From positions 970-64,969 of the forward strand of contig CALARE010000009.1 of the NCBI GenBank assembly GCA_937888725.1: a stretch of 64,000 nucleotides of DNA. The letters run 5' to 3'. The position numbers and the translations under genes are program-made. Below the pieces are notes generated by a model. The model searched no databases and was not told the origin of the DNA. It saw only the letters and a list, made by a program, of their open reading frames with translations. Positions 31,201 through 40,829 of the stretch are shown in pieces (position 1 is the stretch's first letter; each line of letters starts with the position of its first letter). The DNA is from an uncultured Alphaproteobacteria bacterium. GTDB lineage: Bacteria; Pseudomonadota; Alphaproteobacteria; CAAHEQ01; UBA3637.

Positions 31201-34200
31201 AACATTTATAGCTCCACTTTTAAATTCATCTTCATATCTTTTTAATAGTCGATGAGATTGTTGAGCCGAGTGTTCCGCTGTTCTGAAATATCTATTTCCA
31301 AGGATAATTGAGCTTGCAACGTTGCTCCATAACCCAAGTTTTTTTAAATTTTGTACATCTTCGTTGCTTTCAAGCCAATCTCTTCTTAATGAAATACATT
31401 CTTCATAAGATTTTCCTAGTTCATTTTTAAAATCATAAATTGGATAATTATATTTATTACACTTAGGGGTCGTTTTGCTTGAAGAATAAGGAGAATACCC
31501 TTTAAGTACAACATCTAAAGCCTTATTTGTCATAGGACAAATATAAATTTCTTTAGGTCTAGTTAAACCGATTTTATTTACATCTAATTTATATGTTTTT
31601 GCCGTTGACGGTGTTAAAATTCCAGTGGTAATTGTTAAAGCATCCCAAGCTTCTTTCATAATTTGATTTAAAATATCTAAATGAAGATCATTATCTATAC
31701 TTAAATCAAGAGCATATGACAATAAATTTATTATATTTTTATTTTTTTTCTTTTTTGCTACAGGCCAGTTTTCCTGATCTAAAGCTCTGTTTGTTCTTTG
31801 AAGAGCTCCCCATTTATTCCAGTTTTCAGGATAAGCAACATATCCATTGGCACGAATATAAAAATCTATTAGTATTTTAAGAAAGTCTTTCCATTCATTT
31901 AATTCAAAAAATCTATGTATAGTATCTGGTACTTTCGTGATTTTGCTAAAATCATAAACTGTTGATAACAATCCTAATGTTTCAACATTATTCGCTTTTT
32001 TCGGTCTTCGTAATAGTTCTCTAGCAAACAATATTTCTATTAAATTACGACGTCCTTTATCTGCATCAAAAATGGAATCTTTATCTCGATAATAATTATA
32101 TATCCATCTTAAATCATTGTCGTTAAATTCTTTTATTATTTGATTTAAGACCTCGTCTTCTTTTGCAAAAGAATCGTGTTTTTGTTCCAATTCTTTAATT
32201 GCATTTAATAAAGCAGGAAGTTTTGTCGTTTCATATAGTTTTTTTAATGCTGCAATATCAGTACTTCCTGATGGTTTTGTTTTTTCTTGTTCTAATAATG
32301 AAACAACGTGTAATAAGATACTTCTGAAACTGTTTCTTTCGGAGTTTTGTTGTAGTTGAACAGCTAACCTAGCAGTTCCCTGTCGGCTATCTGTAAAACA
32401 TATCATTTTCTGTCCTTTATGAGGATTTTCATCCAATTTTTCTCCTGCTTCAGCATAATTTAATAATGTCGGTAAAGCATGACTTAAAACAAATGGTGCA
32501 CCTTGCATAGGAAGAAATGATTTGATTTGGTCAATTTCAGGAGTATCACAACAATGGACATATTCATCATCTTCAAAAACATTTATCTTAATTCCATTTT
32601 CACAATTGCTAGACAATGAATTATCTGCAGTATTCAAATAAACAGAAGAATTATCATCTACATTGTAAATATATGCTGTGTGAGTTTCCAGTTCTACAAT
32701 ATTATTTTCTTCGTCTTCCAATGAAAACTCATCAACATTTTGCAACATCGTAGGATATAAGTATTTAGTGCCTGATTTTTTATCTTCACTGATTTTTGCT
32801 TCTAAGAAAGGTGTTCCACAATTTGAACAGGCTTTTACTCTGAAAACAGGAGCACCACATTCACAAGAGCATTGTTCTTTTAAGTAAATTTTTCCGTATT
32901 TCCACCCATCTATGTTGTCTTTATGCGTACATTTATCATTGCAGCAGGCCCATATACCAGGAAACGTCTTATGGAATAAATGCAAACGAAGTGGCAAAAA
33001 CGCCTTTTCTTTATTAGGAGTAACGGATAATAAATCAAGCCATTCTGCTGCTTCTTCCTTTGAAATTTTAAAAGTCTTACATATTTCTGATAAGGTTCTA
33101 GCAACAGAACGTGTCCCATCTTCAGAAATAAAGAATGATCGTAATTGGCAAGCAAATTTATTGTTTTTTAATTCTTTAATAAGTACATCAGGATCCGTTA
33201 TAATTTGCAGCTCAGATAATGATTTTGTTTGATTATCTGCTGTAATCGTTGGAATTTCATTATGTCCAAAAACAACTTCAATATTTTCTTCATTAACACC
33301 TGAAATACTTGATAAAAATTGTTTTAATTGCTGTTCTGCGTTTATGCTTCCGATAGTAGCAGATGTTGCGATAAACTTAACATCTTGAGCATTTACATCA
33401 AATGCATCTAAAACTCTCTTCAGAAGTAATGACAACTCTGCAGCTTGTGAACCAATATATGTATGAGCTTCGTCTAGAATAATGTATTTTAACATTCCCT
33501 TAGATTTATCAATAATTTGCTTATCATTTGCTCTAATAAGCATGTACTCTAACATCGTAGTATTGGTAATCAATAATGGTGCAGGAGATAAGCGAAGTCC
33601 CTGTCTATCGGTTATTTCTTCCAAGGATTTTTTTTGTTCGTGATTTGGATTTTCAGTAGGTAATAATCCATTATAAAGACAGAAACGAATTTTACCTTCG
33701 TAAGGTTTAGTCCATTCGCTAAAACGTTCTTTTTGGTTCTGAATTAATGCATTAAGAGGATATATAAATAAAGCCTGGACACCTTCTAAAACGTTTGAGC
33801 TACCTTTAGATTGTCTTACCAAATCAGATATGATGGGTATCATAAAGCATTCTGTTTTTCCTGAACCTGTACCACTTGAAACAACCAATGAATTATTTGT
33901 ATTTAATAATGTTTTCCAAGATGTTATTTGGTGTTCATAAGGGTGCATTGTTTTAGAAAATCTATATTCTGTAGATTTATTTAATACATTAACAAAAGAA
34001 CGTTCGAGCAGTTTTCCGGACAACTCTTCAAAAGAATTGCTATCTGTTTTATAACTAAACATTGGTTCAAACACAGGGTCAGAAAGGAATTTTTCATCTT
34101 CCAGTGAAAACTTATCTCTTAAAAACTCACGCAAATTTTGTGGCAATATGGATAAAGTGCTCATAATGGCATCTTTTGATTGCTCTGGTAATATTTTTAA

Positions 34201-34227
34201 GATTTCACTGTAACTGTTTCTTTTCAT
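28240..34227 (-). CDS. giant DEAH-box helicase with a DUF1998/MZB-type zinc-ribbon domain and an unknown ~600-aa C-terminal domain (DruE-like, 1995 aa)
   Basis: Motif I SSGTGSGKTE, motif II ILDEAHTY, motif VI QRAGRAGRR. After the helicase core come paired CxxC zinc ribbons (CNKCG…CDVCG, CLECG…C…C, CDCAQSCNKC). It is translationally coupled 1 nt after the upstream gene. Confidence 0.6.
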   Translation of the reverse strand: MKRNSYSEILKILPEQSKDAIMSTLSILPQNLREFLRDKFSLEDEKFLSDPVFEPMFSYKTDSNSFEELSGKLLERSFVNVLNKSTEYRFSKTMHPYEHQITSWKTLLNTNNSLVVSSGTGSGKTECFMIPIISDLVRQSKGSSNVLEGVQALFIYPLNALIQNQKERFSEWTKPYEGKIRFCLYNGLLPTENPNHEQKKSLEEITDRQGLRLSPAPLLITNTTMLEYMLIRANDKQIIDKSKGMLKYIILDEAHTYIGSQAAELSLLLKRVLDAFDVNAQDVKFIATSATIGSINAEQQLKQFLSSISGVNEENIEVVFGHNEIPTITADNQTKSLSELQIITDPDVLIKELKNNKFACQLRSFFISEDGTRSVARTLSEICKTFKISKEEAAEWLDLLSVTPNKEKAFLPLRLHLFHKTFPGIWACCNDKCTHKDNIDGWKYGKIYLKEQCSCECGAPVFRVKACSNCGTPFLEAKISEDKKSGTKYLYPTMLQNVDEFSLEDEENNIVELETHTAYIYNVDDNSSVYLNTADNSLSSNCENGIKINVFEDDEYVHCCDTPEIDQIKSFLPMQGAPFVLSHALPTLLNYAEAGEKLDENPHKGQKMICFTDSRQGTARLAVQLQQNSERNSFRSILLHVVSLLEQEKTKPSGSTDIAALKKLYETTKLPALLNAIKELEQKHDSFAKEDEVLNQIIKEFNDNDLRWIYNYYRDKDSIFDADKGRRNLIEILFARELLRRPKKANNVETLGLLSTVYDFSKITKVPDTIHRFFELNEWKDFLKILIDFYIRANGYVAYPENWNKWGALQRTNRALDQENWPVAKKKKNKNIINLLSYALDLSIDNDLHLDILNQIMKEAWDALTITTGILTPSTAKTYKLDVNKIGLTRPKEIYICPMTNKALDVVLKGYSPYSSSKTTPKCNKYNYPIYDFKNELGKSYEECISLRRDWLESNEDVQNLKKLGLWSNVASSIILGNRYFRTAEHSAQQSHRLLKRYEDEFKSGAINVLNCSTTMEMGVDIGGITIASMNNVPPHPANYLQRAGRAGRRRETKAISFTLCKDNSHDQYVFNHPKWAFTSKINAPYVDQYSFIVLLRHINSLLLSYFFESIKGQISDATKLNMEWLMLPFKDNKLSKFKRFCKDAIRTNNRVQAAIHSLIKNTHYEHISFDVFVSELSLQIENMQKKWFAEYDAIQEQKKREKDHKISLIAIKNTETRLLHEYLLKEMIGYGILPRYGFPINIVTFDTNNRYSIENQDYRMQKNYGEREDNLFKRRELPSRDICTALREYAPGSDVVIDGLVYKSAGITLNWHIPASETEVKEIQSIRYFWRCNKCGASGTSTRLLDIHCDVCGEEIDRHNIHKYIQPAGFSVDFNAPVNNNVSVQHFVNLCEPLVTAHNDLNNYLGLPYIKYKNDKEGSVIHYSNGGGDGYILCLECGRVVANNEKNRVEFRKSHYRLRSANSFNPNMRNMKVECNHSPYSIVENISLGVEVKTDVLELILSDINGEIVNDKTLAYSLAVAIRSGIAKYMNIETDEIGCGTKEIKLVGSNKKGFSIELFDKNASGYCSSDDIIKNLSRIFKYAKDTLTCDCAQSCNKCILQNDTKYNYKHLDRLLALDFLTDEWISKNTLADNMKIFGDTTVIASASIESLIEDTLSIKELYLLVPQQDDDEDFLNSPLYRLVNRYNSMGIDTILCVDATKISDDVKETLGLLSKYKNVSIKSIPDNLNKNIMAVINNGTGFYAYASLDQDVKKLNPYWGSNVNTSILSGYIDIDKKEFYDVALNSDIKTSFDKMYNISSEVNCSGNLFGQSLLNILSESLNNGISSNIVKITYKDRYIKNPLSCGLFFNFIKAIKNKYANNWKCTEINLLTCENEDNIKYTPGKFYDEWPRSSERKAVLNKLFASIDLKFNIQERNKKYLEHNRILIIELENGDVINLIFDQGFLYWRCAAYNYYENLFPFESSVDFQVQKISIELPSIIGDNYPTRIFYTKN

Positions 34228-34228
34228 G

Positions 34229-37200
34229 TTATCCTGCCAATTTTTGGTTTAACATTATAGATATTGCAATTTTATACACTTCTATAAAATAATTTTGGTT
34301 AAAATTTATAAAATCTTTTATTGAAAATTTAATTAATTCATTAATATTTGATGGGTTTGAATTAAGCTCTTGATAAAAAGAATAAAAAGCACAGACTTGA
34401 GGGAAATTAACAACATCTTCTATAAAGTAATTAAATTTATTCAATCTAAATAAATGTTTTTCAAGATTACTTAATTCTACCGGGTGTTTTACTTTTATTT
34501 CATTGTATACCTTATCAAATGGTAGATATATCCAATTATCTTCCTCTAATGAATTTTGTGTTTGTAGTTGATGCATCCAACACATTTCAACAATATTCCC
34601 GTATTCGTCAAATACTTGTTTTGTAAAAATTTCATCACTTAGCTCTTTAATACTTTTTGTATTTGCGATAGAAACATGAGGAACGATATTGCCAAGTATA
34701 AGAAAATTGTAAAACTTTGAAAGCAAACCGCAAAGTGAATAATATACAGCCAATTCTATTTCGGGGAATGTTTCAGACAAGATATTAAATTGCTCATTAA
34801 TTTGCGATTTTAGAATTTCTTCCATGCCTGGTATAGAAGAAAATGTTGTTTTAATATAGTTTAAATATTCTTCAATAGCAGGCTCCCAAAGTGAGAATGG
34901 GATAGTTGCCGGAACAGATATTACTTCTTCTTTTATTTTTTGAAGCATAAATCTATCAGATGAAAAATAGATGAGCAATCTGCATAATATTTTTTCATCT
35001 GAACATAATATTTGCCAAAGGTTCATAGATGATAGTGGAATGTCGTGTGAAACAAAAATTTGCTTCAAACTACTAATATCTTTCCATACATCAGATGAAA
35101 AATCTGAAAGGTTTGCAAGTATGATATCTTTTATTTGTTGTTTATTATCGGCCTCTAAAACAGCTTCTTCAATTTCTTCAAAAGAAGCATCTGAGTAAGA
35201 AATTTCATTTTTTAAAATTACTAATTTATATAATTCGGTAAGTTCATCTAGACTAGTATCACTATATAGAATTAGAGGTTTGGTGTTTATTTGAGATTTT
35301 TTATCAGAAACCAGGATGTAACAATTCTTTTTTAAATCAATTGGTTCAATACTCCAATATCCTGTACATATTTGGTCCTCCATCTTCTGCTCAAGAATAA
35401 CAGGTTCACATTCAGGATCGGATAAATTGATGGCTTTGACTATTGTGTTTTTGAGCATGTCATTTGTATACATACCAAAATTTGCAGGCGGTATATAAAC
35501 TGATTGGGTTTCTAGCAACAGATGTGTATCGTATCTTGAAACATTTATAAATCCCAAATTTTTATTTTCTAACGTTATAGATATTTTGACTTTGTCATCT
35601 TCATTTTCGGAATACCCAAATAAATTTTTTATATTGTCTTCAAAATCAATTAATTTAATCTCTGTTAATACGTCATTTGTGTATATATGGCGTGTTAAAG
35701 ACAAATTTTTACTTGTTCGTACTTTTGTACGTAATTCAAAATGAAGTTTATATTTTGAAGAAGATTTTAAGTTATTAAATATTCTAATTCTTTTGCCCAT
35801 TAAATGAACTAAAGAAATATTAGAAGAATTTATACATTTTTTATTTTCATCAAAAAATGATACTCCAACTGAAGGGTATGGAAGATATATCAGAGATGTA
35901 CCACCGCTATACCAATATATCTTAAAACATACTTTATCTGGTTTTGTTGTTGTAGTTTCAAATTGAAATTCACATCCATCAACTACTGTGCATTTTAATG
36001 AATCAGATAATAATGGTTCAATTTTAATGGCATTTAAACTATTAAGCTTAATTACTCCATTACCATTTTCCAACGCATTAAAATTTATTGATGAACTGGG
36101 TGGTAATATCGTCACGCTAAAAGTTTTAGAAATACCACCATGGGTACAATTGATATCAAGATTTCCCGAAAACTTATTGATGTCTACAATGGGGTGTGTT
36201 GTATCTTTGTAATAATAATTTATATATCGTGAAGAAACATCATTTTTTTTAGAAGTCTCATCATAATATATAATTTTTGGAATTCCACGATAAGCAACAA
36301 ATGGGAAAGTTTTATACGTTATAATATTGCCTTCTACACAATATTTATTGTTTGAAGGGTTAGATGAATTTAATTGAACAAAAAAGTCATCAAATTCAAA
36401 ACTTTCTTTGCATTTAATTAATCTGAAGACAATATCGTCAATTACAATATCAGTTACATATTCACCTACTGAACTATAATCATTGTTTTTTTCATTATAT
36501 GCTATAAAGCATTCGCTTTCTCTTAAATACGCACTTCCATTGTTTTTTAATATTAATAGGCCATCTTCGTTTTCAGTAAATACAAGGGGCCTATTAACAT
36601 CAATTGATTGAGAAATTGTGATGCTATTTGATTGTATTTTATTATCAGCACTGGATAAAAATAATGTTACAGAATTTTTGACATCAAGTCTATCGTCAAA
36701 TTGTCTTATTTTATACTGTTTTTTTGATCCAAGTATTAAGTTTACAATAGCAATTGTTGTATTTTCGCTATCTAAGTTATTGATATAAAATGTTTGAGGT
36801 AATGTATTTACATCAGTAATTCCAAAATATTTTGAAAAATATTTAGCCTCTACATTAAATTCAGGAAAAATAAATTGAAATTTTAATTTATTTGAATTTT
36901 CTAAATCCAGTATTCTTTCAACTGTTGGGATTTTCCCCTGTACTCTCACTCCTGTGGAACGACTTGCTTCTTCTACGAAACCACTCAACATTTTTTCAAC
37001 AGATGCATCCTCCATAAGAAGAGGAAACTGAGACTTCCAATCTGGAGCTCGTTGATTTAATATTTGAATTGGATTTTTATACTCTTGTAGCTTATAATCT
37101 ATTTTTAGCTTGATAATAGTTGTTACTAAACTTGTAATAAGTTCACAAATTTCATCTTTTCTAATGGCTTCAGGAAGTATTTTTTGCAGATTTTTAACAT

Positions 37201-37720
37201 ATGCAAATAATTCAGCTCCGTTTGAAGTATGCTCTGTTGCAAATCTAATTGTATGATGCAGTATTTTTACAACAGGAGAATTTTTGCTTGCTGCTTGTAT
37301 AAATTTAGAAGGAATACCACCATTTGCTACAATTGCACCTAAATATTTTTTACCAGAAACTAAAGTTATGTTATACTTCCAGTACTGTAAAGCTTCTATA
37401 ATTGCATTGGTTCTTACGTTGGATTGATATATTTTTAATTCGTCATTGGAAATAGATGAAAATATGGGATCCCATGACCAAGCACCACCCTTGTATTCAC
37501 GTTTCCACCATTCAGAAGCATAAAGCACAAAGCAGCGAGAAAAATACTTATTTTTAAGCAAATCTACGAGCGAATGGTATTGACAGCAATATTTTAGTTT
37601 GTTTCTAAGGTCTTCGTATTCTGCTTTGTTCATCTGATATGCATAAAGCATCATGCCATTTGGGTAAGGCATATTCCTTTTTTGTAAAAAATCTCTTAAA
37701 AATTCATGTAATATTTCCAT
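34229..37720 (-). CDS. large hypothetical protein (~1163 aa) with no recognisable motifs, upstream partner of the helicase (DruH-like by position)
   Basis: Long uninterrupted ORF. The start is chosen at the ATG at 37718-37720, preceded by AAAGGTG (the ORF-track start at 37756 has no RBS). The stop is 1 nt before the helicase ATG. Confidence 0.5.
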   Translation of the reverse strand: MEILHEFLRDFLQKRNMPYPNGMMLYAYQMNKAEYEDLRNKLKYCCQYHSLVDLLKNKYFSRCFVLYASEWWKREYKGGAWSWDPIFSSISNDELKIYQSNVRTNAIIEALQYWKYNITLVSGKKYLGAIVANGGIPSKFIQAASKNSPVVKILHHTIRFATEHTSNGAELFAYVKNLQKILPEAIRKDEICELITSLVTTIIKLKIDYKLQEYKNPIQILNQRAPDWKSQFPLLMEDASVEKMLSGFVEEASRSTGVRVQGKIPTVERILDLENSNKLKFQFIFPEFNVEAKYFSKYFGITDVNTLPQTFYINNLDSENTTIAIVNLILGSKKQYKIRQFDDRLDVKNSVTLFLSSADNKIQSNSITISQSIDVNRPLVFTENEDGLLILKNNGSAYLRESECFIAYNEKNNDYSSVGEYVTDIVIDDIVFRLIKCKESFEFDDFFVQLNSSNPSNNKYCVEGNIITYKTFPFVAYRGIPKIIYYDETSKKNDVSSRYINYYYKDTTHPIVDINKFSGNLDINCTHGGISKTFSVTILPPSSSINFNALENGNGVIKLNSLNAIKIEPLLSDSLKCTVVDGCEFQFETTTTKPDKVCFKIYWYSGGTSLIYLPYPSVGVSFFDENKKCINSSNISLVHLMGKRIRIFNNLKSSSKYKLHFELRTKVRTSKNLSLTRHIYTNDVLTEIKLIDFEDNIKNLFGYSENEDDKVKISITLENKNLGFINVSRYDTHLLLETQSVYIPPANFGMYTNDMLKNTIVKAINLSDPECEPVILEQKMEDQICTGYWSIEPIDLKKNCYILVSDKKSQINTKPLILYSDTSLDELTELYKLVILKNEISYSDASFEEIEEAVLEADNKQQIKDIILANLSDFSSDVWKDISSLKQIFVSHDIPLSSMNLWQILCSDEKILCRLLIYFSSDRFMLQKIKEEVISVPATIPFSLWEPAIEEYLNYIKTTFSSIPGMEEILKSQINEQFNILSETFPEIELAVYYSLCGLLSKFYNFLILGNIVPHVSIANTKSIKELSDEIFTKQVFDEYGNIVEMCWMHQLQTQNSLEEDNWIYLPFDKVYNEIKVKHPVELSNLEKHLFRLNKFNYFIEDVVNFPQVCAFYSFYQELNSNPSNINELIKFSIKDFINFNQNYFIEVYKIAISIMLNQKLAG

Positions 37721-37877
37721 ATAGGCACCTTTAATGAATACAATATTGTATTTCATAGCATATTTTTTTTAATTATTCAACAAACTTCATTATTAGAAGT
37801 GCCAAAAAATGACGTTTGTTCATATGTTTTTTTGCAAAAATAGTTAAGGTATCTACTTTAAGGAACTTTAATATTTT

Positions 37878-37899
37878 CTACAACTTACGCACATGGTGT
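37878..37899. repeat. 22-bp direct repeat, second copy, in the divergent promoter region
   Basis: See 28172..28193. Confidence 0.6.
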
Positions 37900-38020
37900 T
37901 TGGGGTATATAAAGAGATTTTCATTTTTTTTGAAAAAAATGACTATTTTCTTGCAATTTTAGGTATAAGTCGTTAAAATGTGACGGATTATAATTTTATG
38001 CTGATAAATGAGGTGTTTTC

Positions 38021-40069
38021 ATGGCAGACGATATTCAAATTCAAAAAATGGACGGCAAGAGCCTTGATGTGACGGGCGTAAACAAGGAAAAGTTGAAAAC
38101 GGTTTTTCCTGAGTGTTTTACCGAGGGTAATTTGGATATTGATAAACTGTTGTCTTTATGTGGTGAATACATAGACAACGATTTTGAAAAGTATAAATTT
38201 GAATGGAAAGGCAAATCTGAATGTTATCGGATTACTGGTAAGCGTTCAACCGGGACACTTCGTCCTTGTGTGGAAGAGAGCGTGGATTTTGAAAACACCA
38301 ATAATCTTTATATTGAAGGCGACAATTTAGAAGTTTTGAAACTTTTACAAACAGCCTATTATCGCAAAGTCAAAATGATTTATATTGATCCGCCGTATAA
38401 CACAGGCAATGATTTTGTTTATGAAGATGATTTTAAGAACCCGATGGCAAAATATAAAGAAATTACAAGCCAAACAACAAAATCAAATCCCGAAACAATG
38501 GGCAGATATCATACCAACTGGTTGAATATGATGTATCCTCGCTTGCGTTTAGCCTCTAACTTACTTCGTGATGATGGTGTGATTTTTATCAGCATTGATG
38601 ATAATGAAGTTACAAATCTTCGTCGTTTATGCGATGAGGTATTTGGGGAGGAGAATTTTGTAGCTCAATTTATAGTAGCCTCTAATTCAACAAAAAATAA
38701 TTCAAAATATGTTTCTGTTTCTCATGAGTATATTTTATGTTACTGTAAAAATATCTACTCACTTGGAGATGAGTGGAAAGTAAAAAAGAATAACGTTGAT
38801 GAATATTACAATCGTGCAATGCAACTTGTTAAAAGAAATTTATCAGAAGATGAGATTCATAATGAATTATTAGAGTTGGTAAAATATCCAAGATTTTATG
38901 ATTTAGATCACTATACCTATGCGGATAAAAAAGGAATATATCAGACAGATAATCCTGGTGGAGTAACCAATGGAAATATGCTTACGGAAGTTATTCATCC
39001 TGTAACAGGAAAAGTCTGTGCAAAACCCATTGGGGGTTGGAGATATAAAGATGAAGAAATCAAAAGATTAGAAAAAGAAGGTTTGTTAGCTTTTGGTAAA
39101 GATGAGACAATCGTTCCTAGACCTAAACGATATTTAGGGGATTATATTTATCAAGTTCCTAAATCAACGCTTTTCTTTGACTCTCAATCATCTACAAAAT
39201 GGTTAAAAGCTAATAATTTGCCTTTTGATTTTGCAAAGGCAGTTGATTTTATAAAGTATATTTTATCTACCTCATCTAAGGAAGACGATATCATTCTTGA
39301 CTTTTTCTCAGGCTCTGCAACTACGGCTCATGCAGTTATGCAATTAAATGCCGAAGATGGTGGCAAACGTCAATTTATCATGGTGCAATTACCGGAAGTA
39401 ACCGATGAAAAGTCTGAAGCATTCAAAGCCGGATATAAAAACATTTGTGAAATAGGTAAAGAGCGTATCCGTCGTGCCGGTGCTAAAATCAAAGCAGAAG
39501 ATGATTTATGGAAAGAAGTTCCTCTTAATCGACTTCCCACACCAGAAGCACAGGCTTGGGTGCCTCCAAATTTAGTTAGAGTAGAAGACTTAAAAGATAG
39601 AAAATCACCAATAGAATATGTTGATGAAAGTAAAAATCCTGATGTTGGCTTTAAAGTATTCAAATTAGATACTTCAAACCTTGTTAAATGGGATGATACT
39701 CCTATTGAAGGGGTTGATACAACCGATTTGTTTAATCGTATGGACGGTATGGTTGAAAGCATTAAAAAAGACCGGACCGAACTTGATGTTGTCTATGAAG
39801 TAATGTTAAAACTCGGGATTCCCTTGACATATAAAGTCTTTGAAAATGAAGTGAATGGTCGCAAAGTTTACTCTATTGGCGATGATGGGTTGATTTTGGT
39901 ATGCTTGGATAAATCAAATGGCGGCATTACACCGGAAGATATTTCTGCTATGTGCGATTTAACACCGGCTAAAATCGTAGCTGCAGAAGAAGCCTTTAAG
40001 GACGATGTCGCTCTTTCAAACGCTTACTACATCTCAAAAGACAAAGGCGTGGAAATAGAATTGTTGTAG
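38021..40069 (+). CDS. mod: Type III R-M-like N6-adenine DNA methyltransferase (Mod, beta-class)
   Basis: Motif IV DPPY (IYIDPPYNTGNDF) N-terminal to motif I FLDFFSGSATT, ~680 aa, GAGGTG RBS. Confidence 0.75.
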   Translation: MADDIQIQKMDGKSLDVTGVNKEKLKTVFPECFTEGNLDIDKLLSLCGEYIDNDFEKYKFEWKGKSECYRITGKRSTGTLRPCVEESVDFENTNNLYIEGDNLEVLKLLQTAYYRKVKMIYIDPPYNTGNDFVYEDDFKNPMAKYKEITSQTTKSNPETMGRYHTNWLNMMYPRLRLASNLLRDDGVIFISIDDNEVTNLRRLCDEVFGEENFVAQFIVASNSTKNNSKYVSVSHEYILCYCKNIYSLGDEWKVKKNNVDEYYNRAMQLVKRNLSEDEIHNELLELVKYPRFYDLDHYTYADKKGIYQTDNPGGVTNGNMLTEVIHPVTGKVCAKPIGGWRYKDEEIKRLEKEGLLAFGKDETIVPRPKRYLGDYIYQVPKSTLFFDSQSSTKWLKANNLPFDFAKAVDFIKYILSTSSKEDDIILDFFSGSATTAHAVMQLNAEDGGKRQFIMVQLPEVTDEKSEAFKAGYKNICEIGKERIRRAGAKIKAEDDLWKEVPLNRLPTPEAQAWVPPNLVRVEDLKDRKSPIEYVDESKNPDVGFKVFKLDTSNLVKWDDTPIEGVDTTDLFNRMDGMVESIKKDRTELDVVYEVMLKLGIPLTYKVFENEVNGRKVYSIGDDGLILVCLDKSNGGITPEDISAMCDLTPAKIVAAEEAFKDDVALSNAYYISKDKGVEIELL

Positions 40070-40079
40070 AGGTGTTGGG

Positions 40080-40802
40080 ATGATTTTTATATTTGAAGAA
40101 ATAATAACAAAAGGTTTTTGGGATTGGATTGAAACAATAGCCACAATATTGGGTAATATTGGTCTTTTTATTATTACTTTTTACGTATTCTGGAAACAAT
40201 ATTTTTCAAAAAATATAAAAATAACTTCAAGCGGAGAACATTCGTCTATTTACTTTGGAAATGCGATTAACTGTACGCTTTTTAACAAGACACTTTCACC
40301 TGTTGTTGTTGAAAAAATTGATGTTGTATATGATAATAAATATGAAGTAACTATAAAAGATTTTAAAGAAAATCCTCTTGTTCTAGAATATTTTAGATCA
40401 GCTTATATTAAAGGGGAAAGATATACTTCATTATCTGAAAAATTAAATACTCTTTTTGCAAGAGATGTCTATTATAAAGTCAAAACCCCAGATAAAACTA
40501 TACTGATAAAAAGTAGAGGAAAAATAAAGAAGAAAAATAAACTTACGCATATTGCAACATTTACACAACGTTTTGATGATACTGTAATTTCAAAAGGTGT
40601 ACGCTATGTTTTAATTTATTGGCTAAAAGGAACTAAGGAATTTAATAGGGTATTCATTTTAGATAACGGTATGATGGACAAGAATATTGCAAACTTCAAT
40701 CAATTACCAAGAGAAATTCTTGGCAAACCAAAAGAAATGTTAAAGTTTTTTAAAGAAACATTCAACAATCCAGATTTAAATATTCGGATTCATGAACTTT
40801 AA
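40080..40802 (+). CDS. small membrane protein of unknown function inserted between mod and res
   Basis: 240-aa ORF with an N-terminal TM helix (IATILGNIGLFIITFYVFW). An AGGTG RBS sits 10 nt after the mod stop. Confidence 0.5.
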   Translation: MIFIFEEIITKGFWDWIETIATILGNIGLFIITFYVFWKQYFSKNIKITSSGEHSSIYFGNAINCTLFNKTLSPVVVEKIDVVYDNKYEVTIKDFKENPLVLEYFRSAYIKGERYTSLSEKLNTLFARDVYYKVKTPDKTILIKSRGKIKKKNKLTHIATFTQRFDDTVISKGVRYVLIYWLKGTKEFNRVFILDNGMMDKNIANFNQLPREILGKPKEMLKFFKETFNNPDLNIRIHEL

Positions 40803-40829
40803 TCAGTTTATTGCCAAGTGAGGATATTA

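Noticed and set aside
28240-34227. The helicase as a stand-alone MrfA/Lhr-type DNA-repair helicase
   Set aside because: Those proteins are about 750-1500 aa and not partnered with a co-translated 1175-aa orphan. The nearly 2000-aa length, the partner gene and the defence-island context fit DruE-like better. This is not fully excluded without HMM searches.
29159-35198. Small + strand ORFs (29159..29404, 32912..33232, 34971..35198, 35988..36212) inside the giant minus-strand genes
   Set aside because: Antisense frames of long A+T-rich genes, with no independent signals.
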